Shown: positions 39,683-49,811 of the stretch, in pieces | Position numbering within the stretch: position 1 is the stretch's first letter | Layout: each line of letters starts with the position of its first letter | NCBI GenBank assembly: GCA_965243025.1 | Contig: CBDETY010000003.1 | Coordinates: 2,272,001 to 2,336,000 of the forward strand | DNA: 64,000 nucleotides | Origin: Candidatus Latescibacterota bacterium | GTDB taxonomy: Bacteria > Latescibacterota > UBA2968 > UBA8231 | Direction of reading: 5' to 3' | Program-made: the position numbers and the translations under genes | The notes under the pieces: generated by a model | The model's input: the letters and a program-made list of their open reading frames with translations, nothing else | The model's database searches: none | Told to the model about the DNA's origin: nothing

Positions 39683-40801
39683 CTAAACACCGTCCTCGCC
39701 GTCGGTCAGCCAGTCGAGCGAGAAGCGGGCGAAGATCGTCCGCGGCCCCATCCACAACCAGTAGAGCAGTCCGATCTCGTTGTTGGCCAGCACGGTCAGG
39801 CAGGAGTAGGCCACCGGCCCCTCGTAGATCAGCCTGGCGACCGGCCACGTCTTCCCCTCGTCGTAGCTGAGCTTGACCGTCATCCTTTCGCGCGCCGTGC
39901 TCGCCGGGTTGGAGAACAGGATGCGGCTCCTGCCGCCGTCTTGTGCGAAGGAGTAGCGGATCGAGCAGCCCTGGCAGTGCGAGTCGACGAGCTCCTCGTT
40001 GCAGACCATCTCCGACCAGGTGTCGCCGCCGTCGCCGCTGTGCGCCATGCCGCGGCACTTGGGCCCGGTGTACTGCCGCATGTTGAGCTGCAGCGAGCCG
40101 TCCTCGAGCTCGACCACGTGGCACTCGTCGGTGTCGGGGGGCAGGCTGCCGCCGACCTTCCAGGTCTCCCCGCGGTCGTCGCTGTAGAAGACGTGCGAGT
40201 GCTGGGCGTGGTGGATGCCGCCGTGCTCGAAGTAGTCGAGGAAGGGCTCGACCCGCTCGCTGTGGTCGCAGGGGATGAGGATGCGGCCCTTGTGCGGCTC
40301 CCGCTGCTTCTGGATTCCCGCCCCGGGACCGCAGGCGTAGAACCCCCAGCCGGGGCGCCTCACCTGCTCGGTGATGTCGCGCGGCGGCGACCAGGTGGCC
40401 CCGTCGTCGTGGTAGTCGCTGTGGATGGCCTTGACCTGGTTGTCGTTTGCGAACACCCCGTCGCGGACCTTCTCCCGCTCCTGGTGGTTGTAGGTCAGCC
40501 AGATGGCCCCGGAGACCCGGTCGACGACGGCGCAGGGGTTGGTGATCTGCTTCCCCCGCGGGGACTCGGCCAGCAGCTGCAGGCCGCCCCAGGTGCGGCC
40601 GTTGTCGAAGCTGCGCTTGAGGACGATGTGGGAGGTGTAGCGCTCCTGCGGGGTCTTGCGGTTCTCCCGCCACGCCGACTCGCAGAAGGCGAGGAGCGTC
40701 CCCTTCCTGCTGGTGACGATGGAGGGGACTCCATACTCATCGAACCCTTCCTCCCCGTCGACGAAGACATCGGTCTCGAAAAGTCCATCTGTCGTGCTCA
40801 T
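39683..40801 (-). CDS. GH33 sialidase-like protein
   Basis: Asp-boxes SFDNGRTW, SDDRGETW, SYDEGKTW; GPGAGIQ; DEC.VVEL; AYSCL. Confidence 0.85.
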   Translation of the reverse strand: MSTTDGLFETDVFVDGEEGFDEYGVPSIVTSRKGTLLAFCESAWRENRKTPQERYTSHIVLKRSFDNGRTWGGLQLLAESPRGKQITNPCAVVDRVSGAIWLTYNHQEREKVRDGVFANDNQVKAIHSDYHDDGATWSPPRDITEQVRRPGWGFYACGPGAGIQKQREPHKGRILIPCDHSERVEPFLDYFEHGGIHHAQHSHVFYSDDRGETWKVGGSLPPDTDECHVVELEDGSLQLNMRQYTGPKCRGMAHSGDGGDTWSEMVCNEELVDSHCQGCSIRYSFAQDGGRSRILFSNPASTARERMTVKLSYDEGKTWPVARLIYEGPVAYSCLTVLANNEIGLLYWLWMGPRTIFARFSLDWLTDGEDGV

Positions 40802-40986
40802 GGAATCGATCCTTTCAGTTGGTGCCGTGGCAGTCGTCCCAGGGTCGTGCGGAACATCGGGCAAAATACAACCTGATCGGGACGACTCCGACAGTCAGTG
40901 CCCCCGGCGACTCCGGGGCCCACCTCGCATCGTCAGCAGCCGGAAGGGGAAGGGTCGAAGGTTCGTTCCCCGCCGCTTTCATGCGC

Positions 40987-42882
40987 TCAGGCGGCTCGTC
41001 CGTTCTGCACAGGTGAGGCGGTCAGCTCGAGGGCGCCGCCGATCTCGACCTCGATGTCGAGGCTGGCGGCGCCTTTGTCGACGGGAAGCTGCAGGCTCCG
41101 CCGCTCCTCGAGGAAGCGGTCTCGAACCCCCGCCTTCAGCCGCCCGGCCTGCCACCCCTCCAGCCGGCAGCAGAGCCGGGTCCGGCTGCTGCCGTTGAGT
41201 ATCCACAGGCGCCGCACCTGCGGCGGCAGCTCGAAAACCCCGGGTGCATCCGGCGTGAAGATCCCCCACACCCCCTCTTCCCCCTTGCAGATGGAGAACA
41301 GCGAGTGGTGGGCATCGGCCCCCAGAACCCGGTGGCGGCCGAACAGCAGCAGGTCCCGGTGCTCGCGGTACCACCCGAGCCAGGCGCGAACCGCGCGCCG
41401 GTGCTCCCGAGGAAGGGCGCGCAGGTCCATCGACAGCATGGGGACGGCGCTGGTGACCAGGCTGGCCATGAAGCGGGCGACGTTCTCCACCGGCTCCTGC
41501 GGCAGCCAGTAGGCGGGGTCGGTGTGCGGGGCGACGTTGCCTTCGCGGCCGGCCCCGGGATCGAGGATACAGCTCCTCAGGCGGGTGCACATGCGGCGGA
41601 TGTGGTCGCCGTCGAAGGGGGCGTCCTGGGCGCGGTGGCTGGTGGCGAAGGGGCGCGTCGCCAGGGTCGAGTAGTTCATGCGGAACTCGATCAGGGCGTC
41701 GGGGCGCACCGCCGTGATCGAGCGGTGTATCCCCGCGAGCAGCTCCCGCACCGCTTCGCCATACTCCTCGATGTCGTGGGCGTGCGCCCCCTGGCAGGGC
41801 AGGGCGGCGCGCTCCATCAGGGGATCGATGAAGTCGGTCTTGAGGCCGTCGACCGGGTAGGTGCGCAGCAGGTGCCCGACCATGCGGGCGGCATAGGCGC
41901 GCACCCGCGGGCTGCGCGGGCAGAGGAACTGCTCGGGGTTCTCCTGCCCCTGCGGGTGAAACAGGTGCCCGGCCACGAACGGCTCCCCGGCGATCTCGCC
42001 GAGGCGGAAGACCGGCGCGCACCAGAGCAGGATTTTCAGGCCGGCCTCCTGCACCTGGCGGGCGAGCCCGCCCATGTCGGGGAACTTGCTCTCGTCGGCA
42101 ATGTAGTGGCCGGTCTCCTCGTCGAAATGGTCGCGCACGAACCAGCCGTCGTCGACGATGATCGACCCGAACCCCCAGTCCCTCAGCAGCGGCGCCATGC
42201 CGAGGATGTAGGCGGCGTCGACGTTCCCCTTGATCCCGTACCAGGAGCACCAGACCGGGTCCCAGGCCGCCGCCGGTGCCCCGGCGATCCGCACGCGGTG
42301 GAAGCGGTCGTGCTCGCGGGCGAAGGCGCGCACCGCGTCGAAGAGGTGGCGCGGGACACGAGACAGGTAGATGCCGTCCCGCCACTCGGAGGTGCTGAAG
42401 GAAGGGCGCTTCAGCTCCACCGCCGAGTCCTCGTCGTAGCAGCTCTGGCGGATGTCGGCAACGCGGACGTGGTCCATGAAGCCGATGCAGAAGCGGTTGG
42501 CGTCGTCGCGGTTGAGCAGGGCGATGAAGGGGAAGGACCAGGTGGCGAAGGTGCGCTCCTCCACCCCCCAGGGCAGGCTGATCAGGTCGGTCTTGCCGAT
42601 CGCCTCGTGGAGGGCCGGCACGAACACGCGGTGCAGGTCGACCGCCGGCACCCCGGTCGAGACGGTGCAGTCCACGACCTCGAAGGGGGCGCCGTCGCGG
42701 CGGCGCAGCGACCAGCCCAGGAGCCGGCTGTCCGCATCGGGGGCGGCGACCTCGGTTCCCCACTCGTAGAGGCCGCCTGCTCCCTGCCCCGGGGAGACCG
42801 GGTCGAACCCCTCGACGGGGGGATCCGTTTCGATCGATACGGTCAGTGTCAGACCGGCGAAATCGAAGGTGTGGGGCATCAT
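40987..42882 (-). CDS. GH36-like alpha-galactosidase
   Basis: PVWCSWY, IVDDGWF, KFPDM, LLWCAP, GLKTDF. Confidence 0.82.
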   Translation of the reverse strand: MMPHTFDFAGLTLTVSIETDPPVEGFDPVSPGQGAGGLYEWGTEVAAPDADSRLLGWSLRRRDGAPFEVVDCTVSTGVPAVDLHRVFVPALHEAIGKTDLISLPWGVEERTFATWSFPFIALLNRDDANRFCIGFMDHVRVADIRQSCYDEDSAVELKRPSFSTSEWRDGIYLSRVPRHLFDAVRAFAREHDRFHRVRIAGAPAAAWDPVWCSWYGIKGNVDAAYILGMAPLLRDWGFGSIIVDDGWFVRDHFDEETGHYIADESKFPDMGGLARQVQEAGLKILLWCAPVFRLGEIAGEPFVAGHLFHPQGQENPEQFLCPRSPRVRAYAARMVGHLLRTYPVDGLKTDFIDPLMERAALPCQGAHAHDIEEYGEAVRELLAGIHRSITAVRPDALIEFRMNYSTLATRPFATSHRAQDAPFDGDHIRRMCTRLRSCILDPGAGREGNVAPHTDPAYWLPQEPVENVARFMASLVTSAVPMLSMDLRALPREHRRAVRAWLGWYREHRDLLLFGRHRVLGADAHHSLFSICKGEEGVWGIFTPDAPGVFELPPQVRRLWILNGSSRTRLCCRLEGWQAGRLKAGVRDRFLEERRSLQLPVDKGAASLDIEVEIGGALELTASPVQNGRAA

Positions 42883-42990
42883 GCTCCTCCCGGCAGGGGC
42901 CCGGGGTTGGCCACCCGCGCCCCGCTGACATCATCGTTGCGTTCGCCCCCCGGAAAATGCCAAACGGATGTCCATGGGGCGGGACTGCCC

Positions 42991-43776
42991 TCAGCCCACG
43001 ACCGGCCAGGCGCCCCGGATGCTGCCCTCGTGGCGAACCAGGTCCCCGAAACCGTCCGACTGCGGATCGGGCGTCACCGGTTTCTCCCCGTCGAGATAAA
43101 GCATCCCCACCTCCCCGGGAGGCAGGGAATCCACCAGTTCGCGGGCCTCTTCGAGGGCATTCAGCCACTTCCTTTTCAGGATCCCCAGATCGAGGGGCTC
43201 CCGCAGGTCCAGGCGATCGAGGTCGGCCTGGGCGTAGGCCGCGTGGCGCCCCGCGTGCTCGAGCAGGAACCCGGGAGTGAACCCAGGGTCCTTTCCGCAG
43301 GCGGCCCAGGCCAGCGAGCCGAGGTGCAGGTAGGAGCCGTGGAGGTGAAGGATGTCGACGAAGTCGCGGATCTCCTGCCTGCCCGCCAGGGCCAGAACCT
43401 TGTTGACCGCGGCGTCGGCATGGTGCAGGCGGTACCCGCACTGGACGTCTTCCACAACCGGGAAGAAGCGGAAGGCGCTGTCCTGCGCCCACTCGATCCG
43501 CAGCTGCTCCCCTTCCGCCGACAGGACCGCGCGGTAGAAGGCCGGGGTGCGCAGCAGCCACTTCAGCTCGAAACCCGCCTCGCGCAAGGTCGTTGCATCC
43601 GCTTCCGCGCACAGGGCCACGCTGTCGGCGAGGTCGTGGAACAGGTCGAGATCCCCGGAGAAGCGGGGCGTATCCCGTTCCCGATGGAGGACCGTGGCCC
43701 CGGCCAGGTAGCTGTCGGGACTGCGGTTCGCGGCGATGGTCCTGAGCGCCCGCGTCTGGATCGGGGTCAGGGGCAC
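42991..43776 (-). CDS. AbiEii-type nucleotidyltransferase toxin (type IV TA)
   Basis: YLAGATVL...RFSGDLDLF, NKVLALAGR.EIRDFVD; GTG start overlaps the upstream small gene. Confidence 0.8.
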   Translation of the reverse strand: MPLTPIQTRALRTIAANRSPDSYLAGATVLHRERDTPRFSGDLDLFHDLADSVALCAEADATTLREAGFELKWLLRTPAFYRAVLSAEGEQLRIEWAQDSAFRFFPVVEDVQCGYRLHHADAAVNKVLALAGRQEIRDFVDILHLHGSYLHLGSLAWAACGKDPGFTPGFLLEHAGRHAAYAQADLDRLDLREPLDLGILKRKWLNALEEARELVDSLPPGEVGMLYLDGEKPVTPDPQSDGFGDLVRHEGSIRGAWPVVG

Positions 43777-44051
43777 AGTCTTGCCGCGAGAAGGAAACCC
43801 CGGCGGCCACCGTGCTGCCGCAGGCCGCGGGCAACCTCGGGTACGTCCTCCAGGGTGACCTTCAAGTCGGATGGCATGTACCAGAAGCATTGCGCGTGGA
43901 AGTCGCGGAAGGCGCGGCGGGCTTCGCGGACCCGGACCATGTCGAGGGCATCCTCCGAGGACAGGTGCCGGCGGCTCTTCCTGCCGCCTTTGCGCCCGAT
44001 CTCCGCCAGCCAGGCGCTCACGTTTGTTGAAGGGGTATCCATTGTCAACAT
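43767..44051 (-). CDS. Small putative antitoxin/DNA-binding partner
   Basis: IGRKGGRKS N-terminus, CFWY...V..GLRQHGG C-terminus; overlaps the toxin start. Confidence 0.65.
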   Translation of the reverse strand: MLTMDTPSTNVSAWLAEIGRKGGRKSRRHLSSEDALDMVRVREARRAFRDFHAQCFWYMPSDLKVTLEDVPEVARGLRQHGGRRGFLLAARLCP

Positions 44052-44059
44052 ATCCTTAT

Positions 44060-44080
44060 CATAAGCCGCTTATGTTAAAG
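44060..44080. promoter_or_regulatory. Palindromic operator upstream of the TA pair, overlapping an XerD-arm-like sequence
   Basis: CATAAGC-C-GCTTATG (44060-44074); TTATGTTAAAG at 44070-44080. Confidence 0.55.
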
Positions 44081-44189
44081 CAAGCCCAATCCCGTCCCGC
44101 CCGCAAGAGGACCCGATGCAACTGTCCGACCTCGATGCCCGGCGGTTCGCACCGCGAAACCAACCGCCCGGACGGCCGGAGCGCCCCTA

Positions 44190-45074
44190 CTATTCCACCG
44201 AGTTGGCGGCGATGAACGCCTCCATCTCGCGAAATGCCCGGTCGCGCTTCTCCCGCAGATCGTCCCGGGGGCAGATCGCCAGGCAGGTGGTCAATCCGCC
44301 GTCCACGGTGATCTCCTGGCCGGTGACAAAACGGGATTCGTCGGAGGCGAGGTAGACCGCGAGGTAGGCGATGTCGACCGGTTCGCCGACCCTCTCCAGG
44401 GGCTGGAAACTCCAGTGCTCGATGCGGCTGCGGTCCCCGAAGCGCTCGACGAACTCGGCCCGGGCTTCGGGCTTGAGGTTTTCCGGAACCAGGTCGCGGT
44501 CGCCGCCGAGGTAGATGGCCCCGGGACTGATGACGTTGACGCGGATGTTGAAAGGGGCCAGCTCCGCGGCCAGGGCCCGGGTGCCGCCGATGATTCCGGC
44601 CTTTGTGGTGGCGTACACCGTGGCGCCCGGACTGCCCTCGATCCCGTGGACGGAGGCGACGTTGACGATCGCCCCCCGGCCCCGCGCCTTCATCAGGGGG
44701 ACCGCCAGCTGACAGCCGAGGTGCATGCCGCGCAGGTTGGTGTCCATCAGGCGGTCGTAGTCCTCGTCCTTCACCTGCTCGACCGGATCGCCGATGCCGA
44801 TGCCGGCGTTGTTGACGAGGATGTCGAGGCCGCCGAAGCGCTCTTTCACGGCGTCGAACAGGCCCTCCATCTGCCCGCGCACCCCGACATCGGTCGGGAC
44901 CGCCAGGACCTCGCCGCCCGCCTCTTCGATTTCGGATTTCACCCGTTCCAGCTTCTCGGCGGAGCGCGCCGCGATGGCGAGCCTCGCCCCGTGCCCGGCG
45001 AACAGCATGGCGATGCCGCGGCCGATGCCCTGGCCGCCCCCGGTAATGACGGCGATCCTGTCCTTGAGTCTCAT
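44190..45074 (-). CDS. SDR oxidoreductase
   Basis: [21 protein letters not shown]. Confidence 0.92.
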   Translation of the reverse strand: MRLKDRIAVITGGGQGIGRGIAMLFAGHGARLAIAARSAEKLERVKSEIEEAGGEVLAVPTDVGVRGQMEGLFDAVKERFGGLDILVNNAGIGIGDPVEQVKDEDYDRLMDTNLRGMHLGCQLAVPLMKARGRGAIVNVASVHGIEGSPGATVYATTKAGIIGGTRALAAELAPFNIRVNVISPGAIYLGGDRDLVPENLKPEARAEFVERFGDRSRIEHWSFQPLERVGEPVDIAYLAVYLASDESRFVTGQEITVDGGLTTCLAICPRDDLREKRDRAFREMEAFIAANSVE

Positions 45075-45182
45075 GTGCTCTTGTCTCTGGCTTCGGAAGT
45101 TATGCTTGGGATCCGTCGATCAGAATGATTCTTGGTCTCGAAACTTGCTGCGGAATTTGCAGCCTCGCGCAAGGGCTTCCCG

Positions 45183-46121
45183 TCAGGGCTTCCAGGTCTC
45201 GGCCAACTCCGAGTACTCGCGCGCCTGCCCGGCGATGTCGACCCCCACCTCCCGCGACCAGGCATCGAGCAGCTGTTTGTAAACCGGACCTGGCTTGCCG
45301 TCCCCCACGGGGCGAAAATCGAAGCGGGTGATCGGCACCATGCAGATGGTGGTGCTCGTGAACCAGGCCTCGTCGGCGGCGCGCACGTCGTAGGGTTCGA
45401 TGTCGGCCTCGATCACCGGGTTTCCGAGCTTCTCGGCCAGCTCCATGCAGGCGCCGCGGGAAACGCCGCGCAGGATGTCGTGCGGTTTGGGGGTCAGGAT
45501 GCGGCCGTCCCTGACCATGAAGAAGTTGTTCCCCGTGCCCTCGGTGACGAAGCCGCGCTCGTCGGTGAGCAGGGCCATGGCCCCCTCTTCCATCCGCGCC
45601 ACCTGGGTATCGGCGATCTTGTAGAAAATGCGGCTGCGGTTCTTGGCCTTGGGGTCGATGTAGCGGGCCGGCACCGACTGTTGCCGCGGGATCGCGAAGT
45701 GGGCGCCGGTGTCGAACTTGGCGGCCATCCCCCCGATGTGCCGGACCAGCGGGATGACGTTGATGGTGACGATCGGCGTCTCCCCCTCGCGCACCAGCTC
45801 GGCGTAGAGCCCGAGGACCCCGCGGGTGACGTCGTGCATGATCTGGAAGTCGTAGCCGCCGAGGGCCTCGCGGTTCTTCTCGATGGTCGCGAAGGTCGCC
45901 TCCTCCATCCCGTCGATGGTCATGTCGAGGTCGATCCCGGCGTACTTGATCGATTCGTAGAGGCGCTCGAGGTGGTGGCGCAGCCGATAGGGCTCCTGGT
46001 TGAAGGTCCGCGTCATCTCGAACACCATGTCCCCGAACATCAGGGCCGAGTCGAATATGGAGATGCGCGCTTCGTCTTCGGGGACGAAGTCGCCGTTGAA
46101 GTAGACCAGGCGCTTGGTCAT
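45183..46121 (-). CDS. Class IV (branched-chain/D-amino acid) aminotransferase
   Basis: ISIFDSALMFGDMVFE, HLERL, EGTGNNFF, ILRGVSR, DEAWFTST. Confidence 0.9.
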   Translation of the reverse strand: MTKRLVYFNGDFVPEDEARISIFDSALMFGDMVFEMTRTFNQEPYRLRHHLERLYESIKYAGIDLDMTIDGMEEATFATIEKNREALGGYDFQIMHDVTRGVLGLYAELVREGETPIVTINVIPLVRHIGGMAAKFDTGAHFAIPRQQSVPARYIDPKAKNRSRIFYKIADTQVARMEEGAMALLTDERGFVTEGTGNNFFMVRDGRILTPKPHDILRGVSRGACMELAEKLGNPVIEADIEPYDVRAADEAWFTSTTICMVPITRFDFRPVGDGKPGPVYKQLLDAWSREVGVDIAGQAREYSELAETWKP

Positions 46122-46261
46122 CTGAAATCCCTTTTCGGTTAATGTGCTTGTGACGGCAGCTTCCGGCCGGACCGGCTCGCTGCCGTCCGGTCCTCAGTGG
46201 TTTCGCAACGGCCTCGACCGACCCCGTTCGATGAAGGCCGGGCCCCCCGCGTGAACTCTGC

Positions 46262-47623
46262 TCAGTACCCCAGCTGCCGTCCCACCTCGTCGATGCTCTC
46301 GAGCACGGCCTCGACCGAGCGCCGCACCTCGGCCTCCTCGATGGTGAACGGCGGGCTGACGGCAATGTGGTCGCCGTTGACGCCGTCGATGATGCCGGGC
46401 GCTCCCGGCATGATGAGCACCCCCTTGTCGAAGGCCGCCTTCACCACCGCCGCGGTGACTCCCTCGGCCGGATCGAACGGAGTGCGCAGCTCCTTGTCGC
46501 GCACGAACTCGACCCCGGCCAGCAGCCCGCGGCCGCCGCGCACCTCGCCGACGATCGGCAGGTCGAACCCCTCTTTCAGCAGCTCGAACATCAAATCCCC
46601 CATCTCCGCGCACCGCCGCACCAGGCCGTGGTCGTCGATGTACTTCTGCACCGCCAGCGCCGTGGCGCAGGAGAGCGGGTTGCCGCCGTAGGTGTGGCCG
46701 TGCACGAAGGCCCGGCTCCTGCTGTAGATGGCCTCGTAGATCTCCTCCGTCGCTACGGTCGCGGCGATCGGGGTGTAGCCGCTGCTCAGCCCCTTGCCGG
46801 TGGTCAGGATGTCGGGCACCACCCCCTGCCAGTGCTCGATGCCGAAGTTGAGGCCGGTGCGGCCGAAGCCGGTGACCACCTCGTCGACGATGAACAGGAC
46901 GCCGTAACGGTCGCAGATCTCGCGCACCCGCGGGAAGTAGTCGGGGGGCGGCGCCGCCCCTGCGGCGGACGTGCCGAGGATCGGCTCGGCGATGAAGGCG
47001 GAGATGTTGTGGGCCCCCTCCTGGAGGATGACCCGCTCCAGGGCGTCGGGGGAGCTGAGCGCACACTCGCCGCACTCGCCGCCTTTGTCGCAGCGGTAGG
47101 GGATCGGCGGCGGCAGGTGCGGGAAGTCCATCAGGTAGGGGCCGTAGTCGGCGCGCCAGCTGGTGCGCCCCGACATCGACATCGCCCCGACGGTGTTGCC
47201 GTGCCAGCTCTGCCAGCGGCTGATGACGCGGAACTTTCCCGGGTTGCCGGTCTCGACGTGGTACTTGCGCGCCATCTTCATCGCCGACTCGGTCGCCTCG
47301 GAGCCGCCCGAGGTGAAGAAGACGCGGTTGAGGTCCCCGGGGGCGATGGCGGCGATCCTCTCGGCGAGCTCGATCTGCGGTTCGGTGAGGAACTGCGAGT
47401 AGGTGAAGCAGACCTTGCCCGCCTGCTCGCGCATGGCGTCGGCGACCTCCTGGACCCCGTGGCCGATGCTGATCACGTGCACGCCGGCGCAGGCGTCGAG
47501 ATAGCGCCGGCCTTCGGTGTCGACGAGGTACACCCCCTCGCCGTGCGAAACCACCGGCCAGGACTCCTTCAGCGTCCGGTGGAAGATGCGTTCCCCCGTT
47601 TCCGGGGCTGCTGTAGTCTCCAA
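46262..47623 (-). CDS. Class III aminotransferase
   Basis: SGGSEATE, WHGNT, FIAEPI, IVDEVVTGFGRTG, PDILTTGKGLSSGY, HGHTYGGNP. Confidence 0.93.
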   Translation of the reverse strand: METTAAPETGERIFHRTLKESWPVVSHGEGVYLVDTEGRRYLDACAGVHVISIGHGVQEVADAMREQAGKVCFTYSQFLTEPQIELAERIAAIAPGDLNRVFFTSGGSEATESAMKMARKYHVETGNPGKFRVISRWQSWHGNTVGAMSMSGRTSWRADYGPYLMDFPHLPPPIPYRCDKGGECGECALSSPDALERVILQEGAHNISAFIAEPILGTSAAGAAPPPDYFPRVREICDRYGVLFIVDEVVTGFGRTGLNFGIEHWQGVVPDILTTGKGLSSGYTPIAATVATEEIYEAIYSRSRAFVHGHTYGGNPLSCATALAVQKYIDDHGLVRRCAEMGDLMFELLKEGFDLPIVGEVRGGRGLLAGVEFVRDKELRTPFDPAEGVTAAVVKAAFDKGVLIMPGAPGIIDGVNGDHIAVSPPFTIEEAEVRRSVEAVLESIDEVGRQLGY

Positions 47624-47647
47624 ATCTCTTTCCCTTCCGATGCTGGA

Positions 47648-48460
47648 TTAATGCTGGTCCCGCCTCGGCGGGATCTCCTGTTGTTTCAGCTCGCGGATCA
47701 GCTCGACGAGGCCGTCGACTGCCGCGGCGAGGAACCTCTCCCCCTTCTCGACGGAGGCTTTGGTGGCGTCCCCCATGACGCCGCTGGCGGTCTGCTGGCT
47801 CCAGTACGGGATCAGCCGCGCCGCCGAGCCCTCGGGGTGCCTGCCCGAGATCAGGTCGGTGCGGAAGCTCGGCGACAGGGGCGAGCGCTCGTCGACCGCC
47901 CTGCTCATGTCGACGAGGTCCGGCTTCAGCGCCAGGTACAGGGAGGTCTCGTACTCGCCGGCGTGGGAGGTGCCGCCGTAGTCGGAGTCGCGGATCTTCT
48001 CCCCTTCCTCCTTGACCCTGCGCACGTCCCAGTGGTTGACCGAGGCGCACAGGATGCCGCCGCCGTACTCGATCACCGACAGCCGCGCAGCCAGGTCGAG
48101 GGGGGAGGTGTTGCTGCCGTGGCCGTTGACGACGAGGATGCGCTTGAAGCCGTGGTGGGCCAGCGAGCAGCAGACGTCCTTCACGTAGCGGATGAAGGTG
48201 TCCCAGCCGATGGTCAGGGTGCCGTGGAAGTCCATGTGGTGGGGGCTGTACCCGTGGGGCACGGACGGAACCAGCACCGCCTCCTCCGGGATACGGGCCA
48301 CCGCCCTCTCGCAGATCCCCGTGCACAGCACCACGTCGGTGTCGACCGGCAGGTGCGGCCCGTGGTCCTCGTAGGTGGCGACCGGCAGCACCGCGACGCG
48401 GTCCTGGGCCGCCGCGTCCCGGATCTCGTACCAGATCATCTCGGCGAAGCGGTATTTCAT
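47648..48460 (-). CDS. Creatininase-family amidohydrolase
   Basis: EDHGPHLPVDTD, HHMDFHGT, NGHGSN, HAGEYETS, GVMGDAT.A..EKG. Confidence 0.9.
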   Translation of the reverse strand: MKYRFAEMIWYEIRDAAAQDRVAVLPVATYEDHGPHLPVDTDVVLCTGICERAVARIPEEAVLVPSVPHGYSPHHMDFHGTLTIGWDTFIRYVKDVCCSLAHHGFKRILVVNGHGSNTSPLDLAARLSVIEYGGGILCASVNHWDVRRVKEEGEKIRDSDYGGTSHAGEYETSLYLALKPDLVDMSRAVDERSPLSPSFRTDLISGRHPEGSAARLIPYWSQQTASGVMGDATKASVEKGERFLAAAVDGLVELIRELKQQEIPPRRDQH

Positions 48461-48640
48461 TTTTCCGACTCCTTTTGCAGCGGCGCCGGATCCCCCGGCG
48501 CGCACCATTGCCTGAACCAGGTCGCAGTGCCTGCCCCGGGAACAACGGTTCTCAGGTGCCCTGCGAACCGTGCAGCCCCGGCGCCCCTGCCCGCTGCCCG
48601 CGCCTTCCTCCGGTCCCGTCGCAAACGCGGGACCCCGGAT

Positions 48641-49804
48641 CTACTGGATGCCGAGGTCGGCGTTGATCCCGGCCTGGTACCCCTCGAGCTCGCAGCGTTC
48701 GATCTCCCGCAGGGTCACCGGGCGGCCGTGCCATCCCGACTCGTACACCGCTACGCAGATCGCCTGCGCCTCGAACCCCTCCATGCCGTCGACCTCGGGC
48801 CGGCCCCCGCTGCGCACGGCGCGGGCGAAATCCACCAGCTCGACGGCGACCGGACTGGTCACTCCCCCGGGGAACAGCCGCTCTTCCGCCTCTTCGTCGA
48901 GGCCGGAGCGGAATTCGGCGACGAGCTCCTCGTTCGACAGGTGCTCGCCCTGGCGGGGCCACAGGCCGGTCCCCCAGTCGATGCAGCCCTCGCTGCCGTA
49001 GAGAACGCGGCTCCGAAACCCCTGCCCCGGGGCAGACCCCTGCCACGTCCACTGGACCACGACGTCGTCCTCGAAGGAGACCAGGGCGTGCGACGAGTCC
49101 TCGACGTCGACCGCCCAGGTGCCTGAGCGCGCGGCCACGTCGTCGTAGCGGAACGGCTCGAACTGCCGGGTCACTGCGTACACCTCGCGCGGCTGCAGGC
49201 CGAGGTGGTAGCGGAACATGTCGGCGAAGTGGACGCCGCCGTCGAGCACCCAGCCGCCCCCGGAGTGCTGCCGGAAGCTGCGCCACCCCCACTTTCCCAG
49301 CGACTCGGACACGTCCTGCCAGTAGAAGGTGCGCGGCCTGCCGATGCGGCCGCTGCGGACCGCCCAGTTGCGCGCCCTCTCTTCGGGAGAGCGGCGGTAC
49401 TGCTCGGCAACCGCGAGCAGGCTGCGGCTGCGGGTAGCCGCGTCGAGGATGCGGCGCGCCGCCCGCATCGTCACCCCCAGCGGCTTCTCGATGAGGACGG
49501 CGAGGCCGGCTTCGAGGCAGGGGACGGCGACCTCGTGGTGGGCGGAGTGCAGGGTGCAGATGTCGACGGCCTCGAGCTCCGGGCCGCTCCCCAGCAGGTA
49601 CTCGAGCCGCTCGAACAGGGCCGGCTCCGTGCCCTGGACCTCCGCCACCTGGGCCGCCCGCTGCCGGGCGCGGTCGGTGTCCGGGTCGCAGACGGCGACG
49701 ATTTCGAGGGGGCGGCGGTCAGCCCCGCGCAGCTCCTCGAGCCCGCTCACGTGGGCGGAGGACATGCCGCCGCATCCGACCAGCGCAGTCCGTACCGGTT
49801 CCAT
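48641..49804 (-). CDS. Gfo/Idh/MocA oxidoreductase
   Basis: LVGCGGM, LIEKPL, GGWVLDGGVHFAD. Confidence 0.9.
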   Translation of the reverse strand: MEPVRTALVGCGGMSSAHVSGLEELRGADRRPLEIVAVCDPDTDRARQRAAQVAEVQGTEPALFERLEYLLGSGPELEAVDICTLHSAHHEVAVPCLEAGLAVLIEKPLGVTMRAARRILDAATRSRSLLAVAEQYRRSPEERARNWAVRSGRIGRPRTFYWQDVSESLGKWGWRSFRQHSGGGWVLDGGVHFADMFRYHLGLQPREVYAVTRQFEPFRYDDVAARSGTWAVDVEDSSHALVSFEDDVVVQWTWQGSAPGQGFRSRVLYGSEGCIDWGTGLWPRQGEHLSNEELVAEFRSGLDEEAEERLFPGGVTSPVAVELVDFARAVRSGGRPEVDGMEGFEAQAICVAVYESGWHGRPVTLREIERCELEGYQAGINADLGIQ

Positions 49805-49811
49805 GGCGGGG

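Noticed and set aside
44053-44080. Chromosomal dif site
   Set aside because: Central region is one base short and the XerC arm is poor; kept only as an operator or dif-like finding.
47648-48460. Mycofactocin MftE or RiPP peptidase
   Set aside because: No mftA/B/C or radical SAM gene nearby; generic creatininase family.
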